Shown here: in pieces, positions 8,434-16,861 of the stretch
Layout: each line of letters starts with the position of its first letter
Position numbering within the stretch: the first letter of the stretch is position 1
Assembly (NCBI GenBank): GCA_039190745.1
Contig: JBCCXZ010000042.1
Location: 1 to 33,835 of the forward strand
Origin: Planctomycetota bacterium
Lineage (GTDB): Bacteria; Planctomycetota; Planctomycetia; Pirellulales; Lacipirellulaceae
Length of the DNA stretch: 33,835 nucleotides
Reading direction: 5' to 3'
Notes under the pieces: model-generated
Database searches by the model: none
Told to the model about the DNA's origin: nothing
What the model saw: only the letters and a program-made list of their open reading frames with translations
Translations under genes and position numbers: made by a program

Positions 8434-9243
8434 TTGACACCGCAAATCAGCGTCCAGCTCTACACAGTCCGCGAGCAAGCACAGGCGAGCTTCAGCGAGA
8501 CACTCAGGCAGATTGCCGACCTCGGTTACCGGCACGTAGAGCCAGCCGGGTTTCCGGGGACTACCGCCAACGAAGCCGCTGCACTCTTCAAAGACCTGGG
8601 ACTCCAAGCCCCTTCCTGCCACGCCCCGTTGCCTGTAGGGGACGACCGGCAGCGTGTCATCGAGGAGACGCTCGCGATCGGCAGCCGCTACCTCATCATC
8701 AGCTGCCCACCGAACTGGACAGACGACTTCGCAACGCTCGATCAGCTGAAAGCCACGGCAGAACTCTACTGCGAGGCCGCTGAAAATGCGGCCGCCCACG
8801 GGATCCAGCTCGGGTACCACAACCACGACTGGGACCTGTTGGACCTAGACGGGACCGCCGCCTACAGGTTGTTCCTGGAGCACGGACCCAAGGACCTCTT
8901 ATGGGAGGCAGATATCTTCTGGATCGCCAAGACAGGGCTCGACCCGGTTAGCTTCATCGAAGAAATGGGACCGCGGGGGAAGGTCCTGCACTTCAAAGAC
9001 GGCTTGTTCGACTTCGCCAGCGGCCCCGTCGAAGTAAGTACCGACGCAGGGCCGGTGGTTGTCACCGAGGAGACCCCGTTTCTGCCCGCGGGGGCTGGGA
9101 GCCTAGACATGCCCGCCACCGCCGCCGCAGCGAAGCACGCTGAGTACTTCGTTGTAGAACTCGACGAGTACAACGGTGACGTCATGGAGGCGCTCAAGCA
9201 GAGCTATCGGTACCTCAACGAGGCGGGTATCGTCGCCGGTTAA
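8434..9243 (+). CDS. Sugar phosphate isomerase/epimerase (xylose-isomerase-like TIM barrel, IolE/AP_endonuc_2 family)
   Basis: ISVQLYTVRE, LGYHNHDW, WEADIFW, LHFKD, VVELDE. TTG start with AAGGA upstream. Confidence 0.88.
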   Translation: MTPQISVQLYTVREQAQASFSETLRQIADLGYRHVEPAGFPGTTANEAAALFKDLGLQAPSCHAPLPVGDDRQRVIEETLAIGSRYLIISCPPNWTDDFATLDQLKATAELYCEAAENAAAHGIQLGYHNHDWDLLDLDGTAAYRLFLEHGPKDLLWEADIFWIAKTGLDPVSFIEEMGPRGKVLHFKDGLFDFASGPVEVSTDAGPVVVTEETPFLPAGAGSLDMPATAAAAKHAEYFVVELDEYNGDVMEALKQSYRYLNEAGIVAG

Positions 9244-9282
9244 AGGACCAGGGTTCCCTTTCCCCGGCAAGCCAGGCTCATC

Positions 9283-10275
9283 ATGAACGCACGTTGCCTC
9301 CTCTTCGATAACCGCGATAACAGGGTTCGGCTCGGCAGCTACCGCGTGCCCGAACTGCGGCAAGGCGAAGTGCTTCTGCGAGCGGAGTACTCCTGCATCA
9401 GCCCCGGGACCGAGCTGCGCTGCCTCCGCGGCAGCGAGACAGGAACTCCTGAAATACCCTATATCCCCGGCTACGCCCTCGTCGGACGTGTCGCCGACGA
9501 GAACGGAACGGGACTCAAGGAAGGCACGCGCGTCTTCGTGGGCGGGGCTGATCGGACAGGCTCCGACGTTGGAAACTGTTGGGGCGGGCACTGCGAGTAC
9601 GCTGTCGCGTCGGCCGACGCCCTCCGGGTTCCAGAAGAAATCGACCCCGTCGAGGCCGCGCTTACGAAGCTGGGCGCTATCGCCTGCCACGGGCTCGCGA
9701 TGAGTAAGCCCCATCCCGGCGAGAAGGTGCTCCACATAGGGCTGGGCGTGCTTGGGCAGCTCTCTGCCCGGGTCCACCAGCAGGCCGGGGCCGATGTGCT
9801 CGGCTGCGACTTGGTCGATTCCCGCGTCGCGGCTTGCGAAGCCTACGGGGTGCCCGCCGTGAGTTCTCGCGAAGGCATCCAAACCGCCGCCCGGCGGGTC
9901 ATGCCCGACGGGTGTACCCTCTTGGTCGACTCCACTGGAGTCCCCGGGGTGCTGCCCCAGGCTGTCCACGCGATCGCAGACTTGCCGTGGGACGATCAAC
10001 CAGCAACCGACCGGCGTTACCTGATTCAGGGGAGTTATGAAAAAGACGTTCCGGTCCCCTACCACGAGGCGTTCTTCAGGGAGTTGACCATCCTGATCCC
10101 ACGCGACAGTAAACGGACGGACGCCGAGTCCTTCTTAGCCCTGTTGGGTGCAGGCTCGCTAAAGGTGAGAGACCTCGTGCACGACGTCCGCTCGCCAGAA
10201 GACTGCGCAGAGGCGTACGACGCGCTCACCCGCCCGGAAGAGGTCCCGGGCACGATCGTGTTTGATTGGCGGTGA
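9283..10275 (+). CDS. Medium-chain dehydrogenase/reductase (alcohol dehydrogenase GroES fold; ISPGTE subfamily)
   Basis: ISPGTE, PGYALVGRV, Rossmann motif IGLGVLGQL, VDSTG. Lacks the GHE motif and the four-Cys structural zinc site. Confidence 0.82.
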   Translation: MNARCLLFDNRDNRVRLGSYRVPELRQGEVLLRAEYSCISPGTELRCLRGSETGTPEIPYIPGYALVGRVADENGTGLKEGTRVFVGGADRTGSDVGNCWGGHCEYAVASADALRVPEEIDPVEAALTKLGAIACHGLAMSKPHPGEKVLHIGLGVLGQLSARVHQQAGADVLGCDLVDSRVAACEAYGVPAVSSREGIQTAARRVMPDGCTLLVDSTGVPGVLPQAVHAIADLPWDDQPATDRRYLIQGSYEKDVPVPYHEAFFRELTILIPRDSKRTDAESFLALLGAGSLKVRDLVHDVRSPEDCAEAYDALTRPEEVPGTIVFDWR

Positions 10276-10370
10276 AGCGCGAAAAGCCGACTAAAGCCAG
10301 CACGCTTCCGAGAAACGCGGCAGGCAGACGAAGCACAGCGTAAAGCACCGAGAAAGAGGCTTCCAAACAT

Positions 10371-11525
10371 ATGAATACGATGAAAGCGGCATTGGTCGGC
10401 ACCGGCTTTATGGGGTGGGTTCACGCCGACGCGTTGAGACGTTTGGGCGTTGAGGTCGTGGGCGTATGCGGGTCTTCTCCCGAGAAGTCGCGTGCCTCGG
10501 CCGAGCAGCTCGGGGTCGGGCAAGCCTACTCCAACTACGAACAGCTGCTGGCCGACGATAGCGTGCAATGCGTCCACATCCTCACCCCTAACCGCTTGCA
10601 CTTCGAGATGGTGCAGCAGGCCTTTGCGGCGGGCAAGCACGTGATGTGCGAGAAGCCGCTGGCGATGAACCCTCAGGAATCGGCAGAGCTCGTCCGTCTG
10701 GCAGCCGACTATCCGTCCCTGGCGGCCGGCGTCAACTACAACATCCGCTACTACCCTCTATGCCTGGAAGCGCGAGAGAAGACGCTCGGACGCAGCATCG
10801 GGGACGTGGTGTACGCCACGGGCAGCTACGTTCAAGACTGGCTCTCGAAGCCGACCGACTACAACTGGCGGGTGCTCACCGAGGAAGTCGGTGAGCTGCG
10901 TGCCGTCGCCGACATCGGCACCCACTGGCTCGATCTGGTCCAATTTATCACCGGCAAGCGGATCGAGTCGGTCTGCGCCGACCTGTTGACCGCACACCCG
11001 GTTCGGCAGCGGCCCGTCGGAGAAGTGCAGACCTTCCAGTCCGGTGAGGCCCAGCAGACCGAGCCCATCGAAGTCGCGACCGACGACTACGGCGCGATCC
11101 TGTTCCACTTCGAAGACGGCACACGCGGGTGCCTGCACGTCTCGCAGATCACCCCGGGCAGGCGGAACTGCGTCCGCTTCGAGATCGCCGGCTCGGAAGA
11201 AACGCTCGCCTGGAACAGCGAGAGCCCGAACGAGCTCTGGATCGGACGCCGCGATGAGCCCAACGGTTCGCTTCTCCGCGATCCGTCGTTCCTCTCCGGG
11301 GCCGCCCTGCAAGCCGCGGATTACCCCGGCGGTCACAACGAGGGCTACCCGGATTCGTTCAAGGCATGTTTTCGGGCGTTTTACAGCTACATCGAGGCGG
11401 GAGACTTTCAGGCCACTCCCCCGTTCCCGACCTTCGAGGAGGCGCACCACGAGCTCGTCTTGTGCGAAGCCATCGCCCAGAGTCACCGCGAGAGGCGGTG
11501 GGTCTCAACAGGAGAAATCAAGTGA
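10371..11525 (+). CDS. Gfo/Idh/MocA family NAD(P)-dependent oxidoreductase
   Basis: [31 protein letters not shown]. Confidence 0.93.
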   Translation: MNTMKAALVGTGFMGWVHADALRRLGVEVVGVCGSSPEKSRASAEQLGVGQAYSNYEQLLADDSVQCVHILTPNRLHFEMVQQAFAAGKHVMCEKPLAMNPQESAELVRLAADYPSLAAGVNYNIRYYPLCLEAREKTLGRSIGDVVYATGSYVQDWLSKPTDYNWRVLTEEVGELRAVADIGTHWLDLVQFITGKRIESVCADLLTAHPVRQRPVGEVQTFQSGEAQQTEPIEVATDDYGAILFHFEDGTRGCLHVSQITPGRRNCVRFEIAGSEETLAWNSESPNELWIGRRDEPNGSLLRDPSFLSGAALQAADYPGGHNEGYPDSFKACFRAFYSYIEAGDFQATPPFPTFEEAHHELVLCEAIAQSHRERRWVSTGEIK

Positions 11526-12451
11526 TCCAGCTAGGGTTTGTCAGCGCGATCGTCCCTGAATTGTCGCTCGAAGACGTGTTCGCAACCGCGGCCGAGTCGG
11601 GCTACTACTGCGTCGAGCTCATGTGCTGGCCGCCGAGCAAAGCGGATCGTCGCTACGCCGGCGTCACTCACATCGACGTTTCAGAGTTTGACAAGACCCA
11701 CGCGGCCGCCGTCTCTGCGCTCGCAGAGAGCCACGGCGTGGCGATCAGCGCTCTGGGGTACTACCCCAACCCGCTCGCGGCCGACCAGGACGCGGCGGAC
11801 CACGCGGTTGCACACCTCCGGAAGGTGATCGCGGCCGCGGCCCTGCTCGGCGTCAATCGTGTCAACACCTTCGTCGGGCGCGACCCTGCCAAGTCGGTCG
11901 ATGACAACTGGCCCCGGTTCTTGGAGGTATGGGCGCCGCTCGTGGCGCACGCAGAGCAACTGGGGGTCCGCATCGGCATCGAGAACTGCCCCATGCTCTT
12001 CACCGCAGACGAGTGGCCCGGCGGGCAGAACCTCGCGGTCAGCCCGGCCAACTGGCGGCGCATGTTCGAAGCGATCCCCAGCAGCTGCTTCGGGCTCAAC
12101 TACGACCCGTCCCACCTCGTCTGGCAGCAGATGGATTACCTGGCCCCGCTGCGGGATTTCGCCGACCGCATCTTCCACGTCCACGCGAAGGACGTGCGGG
12201 TCGACCGGCACAAGCTCGACCAAGTGGGGATCCTGGCGACGCCCCTGGAGTACCACTGCCCCAAGCTGCCCGGGCTCGGCGAAATCGATTGGGGCCGGTT
12301 CTTCTCAGTGCTCGGCGATACCGGCTACGACGGGCCGGTCTGCGTCGAGGTCGAAGACCGCGCCTACGAGGACTCGCTCGACTCGCGCAAGCTCGCCCTC
12401 GACCAGAGTTGCAACTACCTCCGCAACTTTGTCCCGCGCAGCAAGCCGTAG
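11522..12451 (+). CDS. Sugar phosphate isomerase/epimerase (TIM barrel, IolE-like)
   Basis: Start re-called at GTG 11522 (AGGAG SD; GTGA overlap with the upstream stop). [34 protein letters not shown]. Confidence 0.9.
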   Translation: MIQLGFVSAIVPELSLEDVFATAAESGYYCVELMCWPPSKADRRYAGVTHIDVSEFDKTHAAAVSALAESHGVAISALGYYPNPLAADQDAADHAVAHLRKVIAAAALLGVNRVNTFVGRDPAKSVDDNWPRFLEVWAPLVAHAEQLGVRIGIENCPMLFTADEWPGGQNLAVSPANWRRMFEAIPSSCFGLNYDPSHLVWQQMDYLAPLRDFADRIFHVHAKDVRVDRHKLDQVGILATPLEYHCPKLPGLGEIDWGRFFSVLGDTGYDGPVCVEVEDRAYEDSLDSRKLALDQSCNYLRNFVPRSKP

Positions 12452-12455
12452 CGGA

Positions 12456-12484
12456 CGCGGCGGGTTAGGGACGCCTAAGCCGCG
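12456..12484 (+). terminator. GC-rich hairpin immediately after the sugar operon (possible terminator or 3' stabiliser)
   Basis: CGCGGC-ggg-TTAGG-gacg-CCTAA-GCCGCG. There is no U-tract. Confidence 0.3.
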
Positions 12485-12681
12485 CGGACAGGGCGTCCGT
12501 GGCCCCGTTCCATCGACGGTCGCCGCTGCGCCGGGCCGACCCGCCGGCCGTGTGGTGGGCCGGCGATTCCCGGACTGCTACGATAAGTGGCGTCCGTTCC
12601 GCTCCGTCACACGGTCGATCTCGGGAGCAAGCCGGCGACGGCAAGAGGTTCTTCCCGATGGCCTCGCCCGTCGCTGCACGC

Positions 12682-12717
12682 GCCAGAGTGCCCCCAAGCC
12701 AGAGTGCCCGCAAGCCA
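12682..12717 (+). repeat. 16-bp tandem direct repeat directly before the modC start codon
   Basis: GCCAGAGTGCCCCCAA / GCCAGAGTGCCCGCAA / GCCA (one mismatch between the full units). Confidence 0.8.
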
Positions 12718-12719
12718 AG

Positions 12720-13427
12720 ATGCTACGCGTCGAGAACCTCTGCGTCACTGCCGGTGAGTTCCGCCTGCAAGACATCCAATTCACGGTGGGCGCCGGTGCG
12801 TACGCCGTGCTGATGGGCAGCACCGGCTGCGGCAAGACCACGCTGCTCGAAGCGATCTGCGGACTCCGCCAGGCCGATGCGGGCTCGGTTTTTCTCAAAG
12901 ACCGACCGATCACCCGCACGCCAGCCGCCCTCCGCGGCATCGGCTATGTGCCGCAAGACGCCGCCGTCTTCCCCCGCATGACCGTCCGCGAGAACCTTGC
13001 TTTCTCGCTCCAAGTGCGAGGAGAGAGCCGCCAGCAGCAAGACTCCGCGGCCCAGAGGCTCGCCGAGCAGCTCTCACTGACCCACCTCATGGACCGCCGA
13101 GGCGACCGCCTGAGCGGCGGCGAATCCCAACGTGTCGCCCTCGGCCGCGCCTTGGCGGCCCGGCCACAGTTGCTCCTGCTCGACGAGCCGCTCGCTGCGC
13201 TCGACGAAGCCACCCGGGCAACAATCGTCGAACTCCTCCGGCGGGTGCAATCCGATTCGGGGGTCACCACCCTGCACGTGACGCACAGCCGGACCGAGGC
13301 CGAGTTGCTGGCGGACGAAGTGCTGACCATCCGCAACGGGCAGATCGAGCCCGACGCCGCGGCCGCGGCCCAGCCGACGAAGACCCGCAGCCCGTCAACC
13401 GCCCCTGCAATTCCGGGTGCGCAATGA
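12720..13427 (+). CDS. modC: Molybdate/tungstate ABC transporter ATP-binding subunit (ModC/WtpC-like)
   Basis: Start re-called at ATG 12720. Walker A GSTGCGKT, IGYVPQD, signature LSGGE, Walker B LLLDEP, HVTH. Overlaps the modA start (ATGA). Confidence 0.82.
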   Translation: MLRVENLCVTAGEFRLQDIQFTVGAGAYAVLMGSTGCGKTTLLEAICGLRQADAGSVFLKDRPITRTPAALRGIGYVPQDAAVFPRMTVRENLAFSLQVRGESRQQQDSAAQRLAEQLSLTHLMDRRGDRLSGGESQRVALGRALAARPQLLLLDEPLAALDEATRATIVELLRRVQSDSGVTTLHVTHSRTEAELLADEVLTIRNGQIEPDAAAAAQPTKTRSPSTAPAIPGAQ

Positions 13428-14269
13428 ACCCCGCCGCCAGACTCTTACTGCTCGGCGCGGCTTCTTTGACGGCCCTCGGCCTGATGCTCCCGGGAGGCGC
13501 CAGCCGGTCTCCTCACACTACGCCGGACGAGGCCGCGGAACTCACCATCTACTGCGCAGCCAGCTTGAGACTCCCGGTCGAACAGATCGCCCAAGCCTAC
13601 GAGCGGGAGTGCGGAGTCAAGCCGCGTATCCATTACGGCGGTTCGAACACCCTGCTCAGTCAGATCGAGGTTAGCCGCACGGGAGACCTCTACCTGGCGG
13701 CCGACGAATCGTTCCTCCGCTTCGGAGAACAGAAAGGCCTGGTCGCGGAGGTCTCGGTCTTGGGCCAGATGCGGGCCGTCCTCGCCGTGCCCCGTGGCAA
13801 CCCGCTCGCGATCGCTTCGCTCGACGACCTGCAAACCCGGCGTGTCGCAGCCGGTAACCCCGACCAGACCGCCATCGGCCGCACCCTCTGCAACCAGCTT
13901 CAAGCCTCCGGCAGCTGGAAGCCGCTCGAACGCAGGGTCCGCGAGGCCGGGGTCTTCAAGCCGACGGTCAACGAGGTCGCCAACGACATTCTGCTCGGCA
14001 GCGTCGACGCCGGCGTCGTCTGGGACGCGATCGCCAGCCAGTACCCCGAGATCGACATCGTCGAAGTCCCAGAACTCCAGTCCTAGACCACCGCCTTCGG
14101 CGTCGGACTCCTCACCTGTGCCCAGGACGCCTCGGCCGCACGTCGTTTTGTACGCTACTTGGCTGCCAAAGACCGCGGGCTGCGTGTGTTCGAGGAGAAC
14201 GGCTACGGCCCCGTTGCGGGAGAGCCGTGGTCGCCCGCGGCCGTTGGCACCTCGCAGGAAGAGCCTTAG
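13424..14269 (+). pseudogene. modA: Molybdate ABC transporter substrate-binding protein ModA interrupted by an in-frame TAG at 14084-14086
   Basis: YCAASL, YGGSNTL, GDLYLAAD, AIG and VDAGVVW motifs. After the TAG the same frame continues for 60 codons (TTAFGVGLLTCAQDASAARRFVRYLAAKDRGLRVFEENGYGPV...), resembling the ModA C-terminus, to a TAG at 14267-14269. Confidence 0.8.
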
Positions 14270-14297
14270 CGGCAGAACCGCAGGGAACCGAGACAGC

Positions 14298-15182
14298 ATG
14301 ACCGAGTCGAGTAGCTACCGACCCGAACCGGGAGCGCCGAATCACGCGCGGTCTCCCGATGGCGTACAGGCCGCTTGGCGAGACCGAGTTTTCTGGGGCG
14401 CGATGGTAGCGGTGTGCACGGGCTACGTTGTGATGCTGATTGCCCTGGTGCTCGCAGACATTGTTTTCCTAACCGCCCCCTCCGCCGCGAGCGACCCCCA
14501 GCAGGAAGAGAGTGTTTTCGTCGCGGCGCTGAAAGACCCCGACATCCGCTACGCAGTCCGCCTGACGCTCGTCAGCTGCACGATCACCGCGATTCTTTCC
14601 GCCGCGGTCGCCGTCCCCATCGGCTATCTGTTGTCCCGCAATTCATTCCGAGGAAAATCCGTCGTCGACACAATCCTCGATATCCCGATCGTGCTGCCGC
14701 CGCTGGTGATCGGTCTCAGCCTCCTGATCCTGTTCCAGTCGATGCCGGAGGCCCTCCGCAGGGCCGTGGTCTATCAAGTGCCGGCGGTCATCCTCGCGCA
14801 GTTCGTCGTAGCGTCCGCGTTCGCCATCCGGGTAATGCGGGGGACGTTCGACCAGATCGACCCGCGGCGCGAGCAAGTGGCGCTCACGCTGGGGGCGTCG
14901 CGGTTCCAGGCCTTCGGACGCGTCGTCTTGCCGGAAGCGAACTCCGGCTTGGTCGCCGCACTCTTGCTTGCCTGGGCCCGCGCCTTCGGCGAGTTCGGTC
15001 CACTGCTCGTCTTCGCCGGCGCCACTCGGGGAAAGACCGAGGTGCTCTCGACGACGGTCTTCCTAGAGCTCAGTGTCGGAGACGTCCGGAGCGCCGTCGC
15101 CGTGTCGCTGCTGATGGTAGTGACGTCGCTCGCCGTACTGACGTTAGTACGGGCCGCCAGCGGCCGACGCGTGGGCCTCTAG
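14298..15182 (+). CDS. modB: Molybdate ABC transporter permease (ModB-like)
   Basis: Start re-called at ATG 14298. DIPIVLPPLVIG, EAA loop EQVALTLGA, WARAFGEFG, multiple transmembrane segments. Confidence 0.85.
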   Translation: MTESSSYRPEPGAPNHARSPDGVQAAWRDRVFWGAMVAVCTGYVVMLIALVLADIVFLTAPSAASDPQQEESVFVAALKDPDIRYAVRLTLVSCTITAILSAAVAVPIGYLLSRNSFRGKSVVDTILDIPIVLPPLVIGLSLLILFQSMPEALRRAVVYQVPAVILAQFVVASAFAIRVMRGTFDQIDPRREQVALTLGASRFQAFGRVVLPEANSGLVAALLLAWARAFGEFGPLLVFAGATRGKTEVLSTTVFLELSVGDVRSAVAVSLLMVVTSLAVLTLVRAASGRRVGL

Positions 15183-15371
15183 CCTCTCCCGGGCCGCCCG
15201 GCGTCGGGTAGAAGACCTCACGAGGGCGGCTTACGGTCCGTCGCCCCTCGGCTTGGCGAGATTTCAATGCGCAAAAGGGACGTGATTGCGATCTCCCGAA
15301 CCCAGCCTCCACGCCTAAACTAGTTGTTGGAGTAGAGGCAGTATCCGAGGCGAATCGTCGACCACCCCGGG

Positions 15372-16493
15372 ATGTTGAGTATGTTTCGTGCCCCGAACCC
15401 TCTGTACTCGCGGCGCCGTGCTGCATTCACGCTCGTCGAGCTGCTGGTGGTCATCGCGATTATCGGCGTCCTCGTCGGCCTCCTCTTGCCGGCGATCCAG
15501 TCCGCACGTGAATCGGCCCGGCGGATGAGTTGTACGAACAACGAGAGCAACATCTGCAAGGCATTCCTCAACTACGAGTCCGCCAACGGGGTCATGCCGC
15601 CAGGCAGCATCAATGCGAACACGGCCAAAGCCAACGGCCCGGCGTGGCTTGTCACAATCCTCCCTTACCTCGAGCAGGGCGCGTTAGACGGCGAAATCGC
15701 CCGTCTGCTCGAAGCGCAACGTGCTGCCAACAACAACAACGACGTCGACATCCAGTTCCTGGTTGATGAAGCAGACAACCAGATGAACGCCTACCGAATC
15801 GACCTCTACCACTGCCCCAGCGACGGCGAGGCCGTCGACGAGCTCGACCCGTCTCGGCAGCGTCTGGGCAGCAACTACTGCGGCGTGGCCGGTTCGTACG
15901 AAGCACGACAGCGCCGTGCGGGCCTCTTGAACGTGGCGGGCAACGAGTGCAGCGCAACCCTGGGCGACAGCCCCGGATGCGTTGTCGCCAACTCATTCCT
16001 CGGCAACATTAACGTCGACGGCATGCTCTTCCCCGGTAGCGTGATTGACTTGCGGACCGTGGAAGACGGCACGAGCAACACGCTGCTGATCGGCGAGCGC
16101 TGGTACCAGTTGCGCGGCTGGACCGTCGGTTCGCACCACGAACACACCGTTTCCCGGGCCAACCGCACGCCGGCGCAGCCCCTCAATTTCATTGGGGTCT
16201 CGACAGCGATGTTCAAGGCAAAGAACCTCAACGACTTCTACCCGTTGAACGCTAACCTGTACCAGGTCGGGTTCTATCAGGCGCACAATAATGAGCGTCA
16301 GCGTCCTCAGATGCCCCCCGGCGCTCCGCAGCCGATCCCGCTCTCCGACCTGCCCTTCGCGAGCTTCCACCCCGGCGGGGCCGTCTTCGCCCGGGTTGAC
16401 GGCAGCGTCCAATTCATTGCGGACGACATCGATATCGATATTTTCCTGGCGCTGGGCTCCAGGAACGGCGGCGAAACTGTCGGCCTGAACTAG
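15372..16493 (+). CDS. DUF1559 prepilin-type N-terminal cleavage/methylation protein (canonical H-X9-DG)
   Basis: RRAA/FTLVELLVVIAIIGVLVGLLLPAIQSARESARRMSC, YHCPSD, DGTSNTLLIGER, HPGGAVFARVDGSV. The start could be 15381 instead. Confidence 0.93.
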   Translation: MLSMFRAPNPLYSRRRAAFTLVELLVVIAIIGVLVGLLLPAIQSARESARRMSCTNNESNICKAFLNYESANGVMPPGSINANTAKANGPAWLVTILPYLEQGALDGEIARLLEAQRAANNNNDVDIQFLVDEADNQMNAYRIDLYHCPSDGEAVDELDPSRQRLGSNYCGVAGSYEARQRRAGLLNVAGNECSATLGDSPGCVVANSFLGNINVDGMLFPGSVIDLRTVEDGTSNTLLIGERWYQLRGWTVGSHHEHTVSRANRTPAQPLNFIGVSTAMFKAKNLNDFYPLNANLYQVGFYQAHNNERQRPQMPPGAPQPIPLSDLPFASFHPGGAVFARVDGSVQFIADDIDIDIFLALGSRNGGETVGLN

Positions 16494-16551
16494 CAGAACT
16501 ACTGCTGGTCTCTCGTTCTGCCCCTAAAACCAAAGGCCCGCCTGAGACCGC

Positions 16552-16579
16552 TCGGACAGGCGCAACGGTGCCCGTCCGA
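16552..16579. repeat. REP-like intergenic hairpin
   Basis: TCGGAC-a-GGCGC-aacg-GTGCC-c-GTCCGA, about 60 nt after the DUF1559 stop. Confidence 0.4.
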
Positions 16580-16861
16580 CACGAGTCCTCTCCCACCCAC
16601 GACGCCAGTCTCCCTGCATGAGGGCGTCCTCTAATCGACAGAACCGGAGCCCTTTCACGGCCTCTCGACTCCTGCGGGCGAATCCGGTTCGTTGCCCGGC
16701 AACCTCAGCACCGATAGACTTGAAAAAGCTGCCGATTCACGTGGGTCTACCCCACGGCGCTCGGCGGCAAGGAACAGACCACGCGTGCTCCAGCGGGGCG
16801 GGCCGAACGCTCGGTTTGCCCGCCGCTGAGGTTTACGCTTTCTGCGGGCCCGAGCAGCGGT

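Noticed and set aside
11859..12719. Apparent 287-aa N-terminal extension of the ABC ATPase (ORF 11859..13427)
   Set aside because: Ser/Thr/Arg-rich off-frame translation overlapping the real TIM-barrel gene. ABC homology begins at ATG 12720.
14084..14130. Pyrrolysine or programmed-readthrough signal after the modA TAG
   Set aside because: Only a 4-bp GC hairpin follows, there are no pyl genes in the window, and TAG is a normal stop for many neighbouring genes.
13794..14297. N-terminal extension of ModB, or a ModA-ModB frameshift fusion
   Set aside because: The extension is an off-frame read of modA, and modA's own frame continues past the TAG, so no frameshift is needed.
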